DNA of 64,000 bases from an uncultured delta proteobacterium (GTDB taxonomy: Bacteria; Myxococcota_A; Polyangia; Fen-1088), in the NCBI GenBank assembly GCA_963767925.1, contig CAVYGB010000008.1, positions 1,600,001 through 1,664,000 on the forward strand, given 5' to 3'. Both the position numbers and the translations under genes were made by a program. The notes beneath the pieces are model-generated. The model made no database searches. It was not told where the DNA came from and was given only the letters and a program-made list of their open reading frames with translations. The stretch's first letter is position 1. Each line of letters begins with the position of its first letter. This document shows positions 31,095-42,512 of this stretch, one piece after another.

Positions 31095-31254
31095 TGCACC
31101 GCTCTCGAAATAGCGTCAAGGATCCGCCGACAAGCCTGCGGCCCCGCGAGGCGCGACGACGACGAATATCCGGCATATTCCGAGGAGGAGCAACGAAGCG
31201 GGGGCGCAGGATCGTCGGCGCAGCCTTGACGACATTTTGCGAGCGATGCACTAG
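31091..31254 (+). mobile_element. CCAG/CTAG-bounded ~160-bp hairpin element, copy C (tandem with B)
   Basis: Arms CCAGTGCACCGCTC...CGTCAAGG and CCTTGACG...GAGCGATGCACTAG; 50-nt core at 31148-31197. Confidence 0.8.
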
Positions 31255-31979
31255 CGGGTCTCGAGGGCCTGGCCGGCCGCCTGCAACGCGGCCAGGGCGC
31301 GGGCGGCGGCGTTCTGCTGGGCCTCTTTCTTGGACTTGCCCAGCGCGCGGCCGTACTCCTTGCTGCCGAGGTAGATGGCCACCTCGAAGGTCTTGTCGTG
31401 GTCCGGCCCTTCCTGCGCGATCACCGTGTAGGTGGGCGCCAGGTGCAGGCGGGCCTGGGAGATCTCCTGCAGGCGGGACTTGAAGTCCCGATCGGCCGCG
31501 GTGGAGGCCTGGGCCAGCTCGCTCTCGAACAGCCGTTCGGCCACCCGGTAGGCGGCGTCGAACCCCCCATCCCGGTAGACCGCTCCCACGAGGGCCTCGA
31601 GGGCGTCGGCCAGGATCGAGCGCTTCTGGCGGCCGCCGGCCTGCTCCTCGCCGCGGCCGAGGAAGATCCACTGGCCCAGGGCGAGCACCTCCGCCACCCG
31701 GGCCAGACCGGCCTCGTTGACCAGGGCCGCGCGCTTCTTCGACAGCTCACCTTCGGGATGCTCCGGGTGGTGGCGCATCAGGAGGTCGCTCATCACCAGG
31801 GCGATCACGGCGTCACCGAGGAACTCGAGCCGTTCGTTGTCCGCCCTGCCCTCCTCGGCCCGCTCGTTGAGCCAGGACTTGTGCGTCAGCGCAGTCTCAC
31901 ACAGGCGCTCATCGAGAAAGTGGTACCCGAGCCGTTGCTCGAGCGCGCTGTACCGGGCGTCACCTCTGGCGGCGATCAT
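31251..31979 (-). CDS. rnc: Ribonuclease III
   Basis: ALTHKS, NERLEFLGDA, LADALEALVGA; dsRBD with DFKSRLQE, GPDHDKTF, SKKEAQQNAA. Confidence 0.97.
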   Translation of the reverse strand: MIAARGDARYSALEQRLGYHFLDERLCETALTHKSWLNERAEEGRADNERLEFLGDAVIALVMSDLLMRHHPEHPEGELSKKRAALVNEAGLARVAEVLALGQWIFLGRGEEQAGGRQKRSILADALEALVGAVYRDGGFDAAYRVAERLFESELAQASTAADRDFKSRLQEISQARLHLAPTYTVIAQEGPDHDKTFEVAIYLGSKEYGRALGKSKKEAQQNAAARALAALQAAGQALETR

Positions 31980-32009
31980 GGTCGCGGGACGAGTATAACG
32001 TCCGCCGGC

Positions 32010-32759
32010 TCAGGGGACCGGCGGACCGCCAGGCGGCCCCCCTCCCGGTCCGCGTCCCCAGCGCCCGCCGCCCTGCATCGGGCCGGGGCGTCGCATCTCC
32101 TCGAACTTCTTCATGCGGTCATCCCCCAGCAGGGACCGCATCTGGCGGTCGGTCTCCTCACGCATGGCGGCCATCTCCCGCCCCATGTTCTCCCGGTTGA
32201 GCTCGCCGCTCTCGATCCGGTTGCGCAGGTTCATGCGCGCGTTCTGGGTCTGTCCCAGGATCTGGGTGAACTTCTCGCTCTCCCCCGGGGACAGCCCGAG
32301 GTCCTTGACCAGCTGTTCCCGTCGGGCCTGCTCCCGCTCCTGCTGGCGCTGCTCCTGGCGCTGGCGGCCCTGCTCGCGCTCCTGTTCGAGCTGGGCAACG
32401 ACGAACCGCCGGAGCTGCTCGCGCCCTTCGGCCGTGTCGATGGCGGGGGGCAAGGGCAGCGGATCGTTGGAGGGGGCGCTGACCGCCACCGCAGGCGCCG
32501 GGACGATCAGCCGGGGCGGGGGCAGGCCCCGCCCGGACCCGCGGGAGGGCCCCTCCGACTCGGGGTCGTCCTGGCCGCCGGGGCGACCGCCATACCGATT
32601 GCTGTCCACGCCCGCCAGCAGGTCGCCCGCCTCGGCCCCCAGGGTCTCGAGCCGGCTCGAGAGCCGATCGACCTGGCGGCGTGTGTGCACGATGTAGGCC
32701 CCCTCGGCGATGACGGCCACCGACAGGACTCCACCAACGATCAGGCCGATGAGTCGCAT
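32010..32759 (-). CDS. Hypothetical membrane-anchored coiled-coil protein
   Basis: N-terminal TM helix, Q/E/R-rich coiled coil, Gly/Pro tail; GGAGG upstream. Confidence 0.7.
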   Translation of the reverse strand: MRLIGLIVGGVLSVAVIAEGAYIVHTRRQVDRLSSRLETLGAEAGDLLAGVDSNRYGGRPGGQDDPESEGPSRGSGRGLPPPRLIVPAPAVAVSAPSNDPLPLPPAIDTAEGREQLRRFVVAQLEQEREQGRQRQEQRQQEREQARREQLVKDLGLSPGESEKFTQILGQTQNARMNLRNRIESGELNRENMGREMAAMREETDRQMRSLLGDDRMKKFEEMRRPGPMQGGGRWGRGPGGGPPGGPPVP

Positions 32760-32889
32760 GTTCGCCTCCGGTTGACACCCGAACCGCGGGGGGAGTTATG
32801 TGAGCCGGGACGCGACACCGCCGTCGAGCCCGACGAATTCCTTGCCCGCCGCTCCAGGCGGCCCGGTCGGGATGGTAGACTTATCCACG

Positions 32890-34215
32890 ATGTCGGGGTC
32901 CGTCGAGGACGGAACGGTCCCTAATCAGCGACTCAGTCGCCCGCGGCTCGTCTGGCGGGCGGTCGCCATAGGGATGTTGTTCCTGCGGCACATGGCCCGC
33001 TGGGCAGCGGGGTGGCTGTGGCTGGTCGCGACATTCGCCGGGCGCGCCCGGCGCCGGGTCTGGTTCGGACGGGTGGTCACCGACCTGTTTCGCAGCCTGG
33101 GCGCGACCTTCATCAAGGTCGGCCAGATCATGAGCACCCGGCCCGACCTGTTCCCGGAGCACGTCACCCGGGCGCTCGAGCGGCTGCAGGACGACGTGGG
33201 GCCCTTCCCCTTCAGCGACGTCGCGCGCACCATCGAGGAGGACCTCGGCCGTCCCTATTCGCAGCTCTTCACCGAGCTGGTGCCGGTTCCCATCGCCTCG
33301 GCCTCGGTGGCCCAGGTTCACAAAGCGCGGCTGCCCGATGGGCGGGTGGTGGCCCTCAAGATCCGCCGGCCCGACGTGGTCGAGCTGTGCCGGTTCGACC
33401 TGGCGGTCATGCGGATGTGGGCGCGGGTCCTGGCCTGGCTGCCGACCCTGGGTTCGCTCGAGCCCGAGGCGGTGGTGCAGGAGTTCGGACGGGCGATCTT
33501 CGCCCAGCTCGATTTTCAGATCGAGGCCCGCAACAACCGCCGCTTCCGGGAGAACTTCCGGGGACACACCGACGTCACCTTCCCAGAGGTCGTGCCCGCG
33601 CTGTCCAGCTCCCGGGTCCTGTGCATGACCTACATCGAGGGGACGAAGATCCTCGCCTGGAACCGGACCTGGTCGGATCCGAAGCGGATGGCCAGGGTCG
33701 GTATGCAGACCATGCTGAAGATGATCTTCGAGGACGGCTTCGTGCACGCCGATCTCCACCCCGGCAACATCTTCATCACGGCCGACCACAAGCTGGCCCT
33801 CCTCGATCTCGGCCTGGTGGGCGAGCTCGACCCGCCCCATCGCCGCTCTTTTGCTCGGTTCTTTGGCGCCTGGGCGCAGCGGGATGGCGACACGATGGCC
33901 CGGCTGCTCTATGCCATGTCGTCGGCCGACCCACAGGACCAGCGCGGCTTCGAGCGGTTTCGCTCGGCGATGATCGAGTTCGTCGGCCGCTACTGGGGGC
34001 AGCGCATGGGCGAGGTGCAGGTGGGGATGGTGCTCTTCGACATGCTCGCCATCTTGCGGCGGCACCGCATCCGGATGAACCCCGCCTTCACCATCGTGAA
34101 CATCGCCATCGCCGTCACCGAGGGGATCGGCAAGCAGCTCGATCCGGAGCTCGACCTCATGTCGGTTGCCCTCCCCTATTTTCTCGCTCACCCGGTCGAA
34201 GCGGAAGCGAGCTGA
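32890..34215 (+). CDS. AarF/ABC1/UbiB family atypical kinase (start uncertain; frame open from 32800)
   Basis: GATFIKVGQIMSTRPDL, ASASVAQVH, VALKIRRP, HADLHPGN, LLDLG. Confidence 0.92.
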   Translation: MSGSVEDGTVPNQRLSRPRLVWRAVAIGMLFLRHMARWAAGWLWLVATFAGRARRRVWFGRVVTDLFRSLGATFIKVGQIMSTRPDLFPEHVTRALERLQDDVGPFPFSDVARTIEEDLGRPYSQLFTELVPVPIASASVAQVHKARLPDGRVVALKIRRPDVVELCRFDLAVMRMWARVLAWLPTLGSLEPEAVVQEFGRAIFAQLDFQIEARNNRRFRENFRGHTDVTFPEVVPALSSSRVLCMTYIEGTKILAWNRTWSDPKRMARVGMQTMLKMIFEDGFVHADLHPGNIFITADHKLALLDLGLVGELDPPHRRSFARFFGAWAQRDGDTMARLLYAMSSADPQDQRGFERFRSAMIEFVGRYWGQRMGEVQVGMVLFDMLAILRRHRIRMNPAFTIVNIAIAVTEGIGKQLDPELDLMSVALPYFLAHPVEAEAS

Positions 34216-34305
34216 CGGCGACGCGGTTACACTTTTCCTGGCCAGTCAGCGACCCATCTTCGGGGGGCTCGACTTCCCCTCCCCCACCAGGAAAGGACCG
34301 CACCC

Positions 34306-34884
34306 ATGGCCTTCACATTGCCCCCGCTTCCGTGGCCCAAGGACGCCCTCGGCCCGCAGATCAGCGCCGAGACCATCGAGTTCCACTACGGAAAGCACCA
34401 CCAGACGTACGTCGACAACCTCAACAAGCTCACCCTCGGCAAGCCCGAGGAGAAGAAGAGCCTCGAGGAGATCATCCTCGCCGCCGAGGGCCCCCTCTTC
34501 AATAACGCGGCGCAGGTGTGGAACCACACGTTCTACTGGAGCTCGATGAAACCTCAGGGGGGCGGCAAGCCGTCGGGCAAGCTGCTCGAGCTGTGCAACC
34601 GGGACTTCGGCTCGGTCGACACCCTCCTGCAGCAACTCAGCGAGGCGGCCGTCGGTCAGTTCGGATCCGGCTGGGCCTGGCTGGTCGAGGAGGGCGGCAA
34701 GCTGAAGGTCACCAAGACGGCCAACGCCGACCTACCCATGCGGCATCAGCAGAAGGCCCTGCTGACCTGCGACGTCTGGGAGCACGCCTATTACGTCGAC
34801 TACCGCAACGCCCGCCCGAAATACGTCGAGGCGTTCGTGCAGCGCCTGATCAACTGGGAGTTCGCGGCCAAGAACCTGGGCTGA
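34306..34884 (+). CDS. sodB: Superoxide dismutase, Fe-type signature
   Basis: HYGKHH, FNNAAQVWNH, QFGSGWAW, DVWEHAYY. Confidence 0.93.
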   Translation: MAFTLPPLPWPKDALGPQISAETIEFHYGKHHQTYVDNLNKLTLGKPEEKKSLEEIILAAEGPLFNNAAQVWNHTFYWSSMKPQGGGKPSGKLLELCNRDFGSVDTLLQQLSEAAVGQFGSGWAWLVEEGGKLKVTKTANADLPMRHQQKALLTCDVWEHAYYVDYRNARPKYVEAFVQRLINWEFAAKNLG

Positions 34885-34907
34885 CCGCGGTCATTCTTCC
34901 GTCCTGG

Positions 34908-35399
34908 TCACTCTTCCGTCTCTTCCTGCAGATCCTTGAGCTTCTCCCGTACGGTCGCGGCGTGACCCTGGGCCGAAACCTTCGGCCAGTGGTGGGCCAC
35001 CTTGCCCTTGGGATCGATGATCACCGTCGACCGAAGGACCCCCTCGGTCACCCGCCCGTACAGGTTCTTTTCGCCCCAGGCCCCGTATTCGAGGAGGGTC
35101 TCGTGCTCCGGATCGGAGAGGAGATCGATCTTCAGCTTGTGCTTGGCGATGAACTTGCGGTGGCTCTCGGTCGAGTCGGGGCTGCAGCCGAGGACGGTCG
35201 CGTTCATCTTCTCGAAACCTTTGAGCCCCGAGGTGAAGTCGCAGGCCTCCACGGTGCAGCCCGGCGTATCGTCCTTCGGGTAGAAGTAGAGGACCACCCA
35301 ACGTCCGGCCAGGTCCTCGAGGCTGACCTTCTCATCGTCCTGATTCGGGAGAGCGAAGTCGGGCGCCTTCTTTCCAACCACGAGCGTGCTAGCTGCCAT
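34908..35399 (-). CDS. bcp: Peroxiredoxin Bcp
   Basis: YFYPKDDTPGCTVEAC. Confidence 0.93.
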   Translation of the reverse strand: MAASTLVVGKKAPDFALPNQDDEKVSLEDLAGRWVVLYFYPKDDTPGCTVEACDFTSGLKGFEKMNATVLGCSPDSTESHRKFIAKHKLKIDLLSDPEHETLLEYGAWGEKNLYGRVTEGVLRSTVIIDPKGKVAHHWPKVSAQGHAATVREKLKDLQEETEE

Positions 35400-35464
35400 G
35401 CCGGGCCACCATACGGCATCTGCTACAGGTGGCCAAGGTCCGCGCGTAGGATGGAACGCAAGCC

Positions 35465-36250
35465 ATGTTCTTCGCCAAGAAGCTGATCTCGGCCTTCCTG
35501 CAGCCGACCACTGTCTCGATGGCGCTCATCCTGGTGGGGTTGCTGCTGCTCTGGCTGACCCAGCGGGCCTGGCTGGGGCGCCTGCTGGCGACCTGCGGAT
35601 TCTGCCTGCTCCTGCTGGCCAGCTACATCCCGCTCGCCGACGCGGTCCTGGTGCCGCTCGAGCGGCGGTACGCCCCGCTTTTCCCCCGGCCGGTGCTCGA
35701 GAAAGCCGTCGCCGAGGCGGGCACGCCGGTCCGCTGGATCGTGGTGCTGGGAGGAGGGCACATCCTCGAGGCCGGTGTCCCGGCCAACGACCAGATAGGG
35801 GACTCTGCCCTGTCGCGGCTGGTGGAGGCGATCCGCCTGCACCGGGAGCTGCCGGGGACCCGGATCCTGCTGTCGGGGGGCGTCGGAGGGTCGGTCAAAC
35901 ATGCCGACGTGCTGGGAGAAGTGGCGCGGATCCTGGGCCTCGGGCCGGACAGCTACGTCCTCGACCGCACGGCCTGGGACACGGAACAGGAGGCGAAGAA
36001 CCTCGCCGAGCGGATCGGCGGCGACCCCTTCATCCTGGTCACCTCGGCCATCCACATGCCCCGGGCGATGGCCCTGTTCCGGAAGGCGGGCACCAGCCCC
36101 ATCGCCGCGCCCACCCACCACTTCAGCCTGGACGAGCCCGGGGTGGCCCTCGGTGAGCTGTTGCCCGACCCCTCGGCCCTCGGCGACGTCGACGACGCCG
36201 CCCACGAGTACCTGGGGATGTTGTGGTCCCTGTTGCGCGACCGGATCTGA
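35465..36250 (+). CDS. ElyC/YdcF (DUF218) family envelope protein
   Basis: Two N-terminal TM helices, IVVLGGG, LVTSAIHMPRA, HEYLG. Confidence 0.88.
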   Translation: MFFAKKLISAFLQPTTVSMALILVGLLLLWLTQRAWLGRLLATCGFCLLLLASYIPLADAVLVPLERRYAPLFPRPVLEKAVAEAGTPVRWIVVLGGGHILEAGVPANDQIGDSALSRLVEAIRLHRELPGTRILLSGGVGGSVKHADVLGEVARILGLGPDSYVLDRTAWDTEQEAKNLAERIGGDPFILVTSAIHMPRAMALFRKAGTSPIAAPTHHFSLDEPGVALGELLPDPSALGDVDDAAHEYLGMLWSLLRDRI

Positions 36251-36283
36251 AGCCGAAGTCGGGGGTGAGCCCTCGGGGGTCGG

Positions 36284-38881
36284 TCACCGCTTGCGGGGGG
36301 CCGGCGGGCTGGCGGTCGCGCCGTCCTCGGGCCAGAGGTGACGCGGATAGCGCCGGGACAGCTCGCGGCGGATGGCGGGGTAGTGCTGCCGCCAGAAGCC
36401 GGGGAGGTCGCGGGTGACCTGGACCGCCCGGTAGTTGGGGGCGAGCAGGTGGAGCACCAGGGGGACTCGACCGCTGCAGACGGCGGGGCCGCTCTGCATG
36501 CCGAAGAAGTCCTGCAGGCGGGACTCGATCCAGGGCGGGCGGTCGGGCTCGTAGTGGACCTCGACCTCCCGGCCGCCCGGCAGCCGCACGCGCGCCGGGG
36601 TCTCCCGGCGCAAGCGCTGCCAGAAGCCGGGCGGGAAGCGCTCGGCCAGCAACAGCTCCAGGCCGGCCTCCCGCAGCTCGGCGAAGCTGGTTCTCTCGGC
36701 GCAGGCGGCGGCGAGCGCCTGCTCGATCCCCGCCTGGTCGGGGATCTCCAGACCGGCCTCGGGGAAGGTCTGTCCGAACAGGTGCAAGCGGGCGAGCAGA
36801 TCGCCGAGCTCGCCGGGACCCAGCAGCGCGGCCCAGCCCCGGGCCTGGGCCGCCGCCGCCAGCAGGGCGCTGACCTTCTCCGAAGGCGCGGCGGGTCGCC
36901 GGGTCTCGTGCAGCACGATCTCGCCATAGGCCAGGATGGAGGTCGACTCGATCCGTTCGGTCTCCGGCACGAAGGCGCTGCGGTCCTCTTCCCGCAAGCC
37001 CACGGACGCCGTCTCCAGCAGCCACTCGGGCTCGATCTCGACCGCCAGGCGCACCACCGCCCCGCGCCCGCGACCGCCCGCGGCGACGCGTTCCTCGGCG
37101 TCCACCGCGACGAGGAGGTTCCCGGGCGGCGACAGCCCCACCCGGGCTGCCCCACCCTCCGAGAGCACCGCCTCGCGGGCGCCGTTGCTCCGCCGGCGGG
37201 CCACCCGATCGGGAAACCCGGCCAGGGTCGCGCGGGCCAGGGCCCGATCGACCTCCTCGAGGTTCCCCGGCCGGGGTACCCCGCTGCGAACCTTGCGGAC
37301 GAGCTGCCGGCGGGCGCGTTCGGCGGCCTCCACCGCCCGCCGATCCAGGCCCAGCGCGCGCAGAGACTCGTTCGATCCCCGCTGGGCCTGGGCCCGGGAG
37401 AACCGATCCAGTCGGGCGAGCAGATCCATGTCTTCGTGCTCGTCCCCCTGCCCGCCCCGACCCCGCAGGACGAAGCGCGAACGCTCGTCGATGTCCCGCT
37501 CGTTGATGAGCGCGGCCAGGGCGGCCCCCTGCTCGCCCACCCCGCGCCGTTCGGCCTCGACGATCAAGCGGGCCAGCCGGGGATGCAGGGGGAAGCGCAA
37601 CATGGACCGCCCCGTCTCACTGAGGCTCCCTGCGCCGTCCACCGCCTCCAGGCGCCGCAGCAGCTCCTCGGCGGCCGACAGCGCCGCCGGCGGGGGCGGC
37701 TCGAACCAGGGGAAGGCGGCGGGCGAGCGGACGCCCATCCCGTGCAGCAGCAGCAGGCTCTCGGCCAGATCGAGGCGCGCGATCTCGGGCAGGTCGTGGG
37801 GACGGCGCGACTCCAGATCGTGGCGGGTGTAGAGGCGCAGGACCCGGCCCGGGCGGGTGCGCCCGGCCCGGCCCGCCCGCTGCTCGGCCGAGGCCTGGCT
37901 AATCTTTCCCACCGCGAGGGTCGGTAGGCCCGTCCAGGACGAGTGGGCGGCCAGGCGGGCCAGCCCGCTGTCCACCACCACGGTGACGCCATCGATGGTG
38001 ACCGACGTCTCCGCCACGTTGGTCGACAGGATGACCTTCCGGCGGGTGGCGGGCTGAACCGCGCGGGCCTGGTCGGCGGGCGACAGCTCACCGTGCAGGG
38101 GCAACACGAGCAGCCCCGGGTCGGTGACGCCCAGGGCCTCGGTGCAGCGCCGGATCTCCCCGGCGCCGGGGAGAAAGACCAGCAGGTCTCCCCCCGCCGG
38201 ATCCTCACGCAGGCACCGGCGAACCGCGCCCGCTACCTGCTCGGCCAGGGGGCGATCGTCGCGGGTGGCCTGGTGCTCGACCTCGATGGGATGAAGGCGG
38301 CCCTCCGAGCGGAGGGCGGGGCAGTCGCCCAGGAAGGCGCGCACCGGGTCCGCCTCCAGGGTCGCCGACATGACCACCAGCTTGAGGTCCGGGCGGCGGG
38401 CCTGCAGGCGGGCCAGCAGGGCCAGCCCGACGTCGGTCGCCAGGTGCCGCTCGTGAAACTCGTCGAGCACCACCGCGCTGACCCCGGGCAGGGTCGGATC
38501 GTCGAGGAGCTGGCGGGTCAGCAGCCCTTCGGTGATGAAGCGCAGGCGGGTGCGCGGCCCCGAGACGTCCTCGAACCGGACCGTGTAGCCGACCGTCTCG
38601 CCCAGGGGCTCGCCCCGCTCGCTGGCGATATGCCCGGCGACGAGCCGGGCCGGCAGGCGACGGGGCTGCAACACGAGGATCTCGCCGTCGGCGGCCAGGC
38701 CCGCGTCGAGCAGCGCCAGCGGCACCCGGGTGGTCTTGCCCGCCCCGGGCGGCGCCTCGATCACGAGGGAGGGCCGCTCGCGCAGGCTGGCGACGATGGC
38801 GGGCAGCAGCTCGTCGATCGGCAGCGGCGCCGGTTGTCGCCGACCCTTGCCCGCCCCGGCTGGAGCCCCCGGCTCGGTCAC
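36284..38881 (-). CDS. hrpB: ATP-dependent helicase HrpB
   Basis: APPGAGKTT, DEFHER, MSAT, STNVAETS, QRAGRAGR, and C-terminal LLAPNYRAVQVTRDLPGFW...RYPRHLWP; GTG start at 38881. Confidence 0.95.
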   Translation of the reverse strand: MTEPGAPAGAGKGRRQPAPLPIDELLPAIVASLRERPSLVIEAPPGAGKTTRVPLALLDAGLAADGEILVLQPRRLPARLVAGHIASERGEPLGETVGYTVRFEDVSGPRTRLRFITEGLLTRQLLDDPTLPGVSAVVLDEFHERHLATDVGLALLARLQARRPDLKLVVMSATLEADPVRAFLGDCPALRSEGRLHPIEVEHQATRDDRPLAEQVAGAVRRCLREDPAGGDLLVFLPGAGEIRRCTEALGVTDPGLLVLPLHGELSPADQARAVQPATRRKVILSTNVAETSVTIDGVTVVVDSGLARLAAHSSWTGLPTLAVGKISQASAEQRAGRAGRTRPGRVLRLYTRHDLESRRPHDLPEIARLDLAESLLLLHGMGVRSPAAFPWFEPPPPAALSAAEELLRRLEAVDGAGSLSETGRSMLRFPLHPRLARLIVEAERRGVGEQGAALAALINERDIDERSRFVLRGRGGQGDEHEDMDLLARLDRFSRAQAQRGSNESLRALGLDRRAVEAAERARRQLVRKVRSGVPRPGNLEEVDRALARATLAGFPDRVARRRSNGAREAVLSEGGAARVGLSPPGNLLVAVDAEERVAAGGRGRGAVVRLAVEIEPEWLLETASVGLREEDRSAFVPETERIESTSILAYGEIVLHETRRPAAPSEKVSALLAAAAQARGWAALLGPGELGDLLARLHLFGQTFPEAGLEIPDQAGIEQALAAACAERTSFAELREAGLELLLAERFPPGFWQRLRRETPARVRLPGGREVEVHYEPDRPPWIESRLQDFFGMQSGPAVCSGRVPLVLHLLAPNYRAVQVTRDLPGFWRQHYPAIRRELSRRYPRHLWPEDGATASPPAPRKR

Positions 38882-38888
38882 CGCGGCT

Positions 38889-39716
38889 TCACGGGAAGGT
38901 CTGGGCGCCCTGACCCCGCTCGAGCTCGAAGTCGAAGTTCCCGTCGAGCTGGCCGACCAGATCCGACGGGGGCGGGGGCTCGCGGTAGCGCTCGGCCTCG
39001 ACGACCCGGTCGTCCACGAGATCGACGTGGAACCGCTCGGCCCGGAGCCGCTCGTTGAACTCCACCCGGAAGTTGGGCGAGACGGCCCGGTTCTTCGACG
39101 ATCCGAACTCGCTGAGCTCGATCCAGGAGCGCCACCGCTCGGGTGGCAACGGCACCACCGCGTCGATGCGCGCTCCCTCCCCGTCCCGGGCGGTCCCCAC
39201 CAAGGTGGCGCTGGGGCAGGTCTCGCGCAGGGCCAGCGAGGCCCGGATGGGCAGGTTGGGTCCGACGCGCAGCCGGGGCCAGGCCTGGGCCGCGGGCCAG
39301 TGACAGAAGGCCCGGGTCGCATCGTCGATCGCGGCCCCACCACTCAGGCAGCGGGCCACCTCGTAGCTGTTGACGATGTCGAACTGGAGATAGTCGTTGG
39401 CTTCGAGGCTCTTTCCCGAGTCCTGCAGGCGGATCACGATCCGGTTGCGGGTCCCGTCCTTCTTGATGTCCTCGATCGGCTCGCCGGCGAAGAACTTCGG
39501 GCGCAGGTTGTAGCCCCGGGGCACGCCCGGTCGGCCGTAGTCGCCGTCGTCGCTGCAGCCCTTGACGTAGAGCTCCCCGTAGGCCTCCCCCCGTCCGTCG
39601 CCCACGGTGCAGGCCGCGCCGGCCAGGAGAGAGGCGGAGAGGAACAGAAAGACGAACGGGAGCGCCGGGGGCAGGGCCTGGCCCAGGCGCGGCGGGGGCG
39701 AGGGGCTGGCCTTCAT
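38889..39716 (-). CDS. Putative lipoprotein, unknown function
   Basis: Lipobox LLAGAAC; ATGA overlap with the upstream DUF62 gene. Confidence 0.72.
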   Translation of the reverse strand: MKASPSPPPRLGQALPPALPFVFLFLSASLLAGAACTVGDGRGEAYGELYVKGCSDDGDYGRPGVPRGYNLRPKFFAGEPIEDIKKDGTRNRIVIRLQDSGKSLEANDYLQFDIVNSYEVARCLSGGAAIDDATRAFCHWPAAQAWPRLRVGPNLPIRASLALRETCPSATLVGTARDGEGARIDAVVPLPPERWRSWIELSEFGSSKNRAVSPNFRVEFNERLRAERFHVDLVDDRVVEAERYREPPPPSDLVGQLDGNFDFELERGQGAQTFP

Positions 39717-40516
39717 CGGTCTGTCCCCTTCCGCTTGTCCAGGCGGAGGTGCTCGCCCCGCCGCAGGCTGGTGGTCTGGGCGGCCGATCCCTCGCGCACG
39801 GCGATCTCGACGAGACCGGCGCTGCCCACGTAGGCCACCAGCGCTCCCGGCGCGACGTCGGAGTAGGTCTGGCAGGCGCGCAGGCCGATCGACGGCCGGC
39901 CGTGGGAAGGGATCAGGACCAGCCAGTCGCCGGGCGCGAGCGCGTCGCCGGGCAAGGAGGTGATCAGGTTGCCGAAGGCGTCGACGTGGACGATCACCCC
40001 CGCCCGGCCCTCCCCCGAGGGGCGATCCTCCTCGTCGATCGCCACCCCCAGCTCCTGGATGGCGGGCAACACGGGGCCGGCCTCGCGCGGATGGGCCCCT
40101 CGCGCGAGCAGGCCAGCGGTCTGGGCGAACACGTCGCGCCCGTGGAAGGTGGCGCTCACCGGCTGCCGGCGGAACTCGGCCTTCTCGATGAGGTGGGCCA
40201 CCCGGGGCCCCCGCGCCGCCAGGGCGAGCAGGCCGTTGTCCGGACCGACGAAATAAGAGCCGCCGGCCTCGACGACGACGTCGGCGCGGCTGCCCCCCAC
40301 CCCGGGGTCCACAACGGCGACGTGCACGGTGCCGGGCGGGAACAGCGGCGCGGCCTGGGCCAGCGCGAAGGCGCCGGCGGCGATGTCGTGGCGGGGGATG
40401 TCGTGGGTGATGTCCACGGTGGACGCGTCTCGAGCCAGGGAGAGCACCACGCCCTTCATGGCGCCGACGTAGCCGTCAACGGTACCGAAGTCGGTGGTCA
40501 GGGTGACGATGCTCAT
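39713..40516 (-). CDS. SAM hydroxide adenosyltransferase (DUF62, chlorinase/fluorinase superfamily)
   Basis: [44 protein letters not shown]. Confidence 0.9.
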   Translation of the reverse strand: MSIVTLTTDFGTVDGYVGAMKGVVLSLARDASTVDITHDIPRHDIAAGAFALAQAAPLFPPGTVHVAVVDPGVGGSRADVVVEAGGSYFVGPDNGLLALAARGPRVAHLIEKAEFRRQPVSATFHGRDVFAQTAGLLARGAHPREAGPVLPAIQELGVAIDEEDRPSGEGRAGVIVHVDAFGNLITSLPGDALAPGDWLVLIPSHGRPSIGLRACQTYSDVAPGALVAYVGSAGLVEIAVREGSAAQTTSLRRGEHLRLDKRKGTDR

Positions 40517-40552
40517 TTTGCGGGGATCGGGGTTCGGTTCCATCATAGTAGC

Positions 40553-42238
<1,686 letters not shown>

Positions 42239-42512
42239 GGGTCCCCGCCTTGCCTCCCCGTTCACCGACTGAGTCGGCAGCACAGGGGCCTACCCGTCCG
42301 GCGTGACCGCCCCCGATCGCGGGTTTTCGGCCGGTTTCGCGGCCGTTTCTCGCGCGATTCGAGCCAGCGGGCGCGCACGGGCGACCGGACGTGACGGTTT
42401 GCCGACATCGCGCAACGGCCGCCGTCGACAGGTTGATCGTTATCGGAAAAAAAGCGTAAGCTTTTGGCAGGACTGCCCTTTATAAATTTCCTTGGGGGCG
42501 AGGACGGGGATC

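Noticed and set aside
30930..31254. CRISPR array interpretation of the repeated GGCGCGACGACGA...GAGGAGGAGCAACG core
   Set aside because: Only two adjacent units, ~160-bp period, the intervening sequences are self-complementary arms rather than spacers, and no cas genes are present.
39713..40516. Fluorinase/chlorinase in a halometabolite cluster
   Set aside because: The FHGRD motif fits the common DUF62 hydrolase, and there are no biosynthetic genes nearby.
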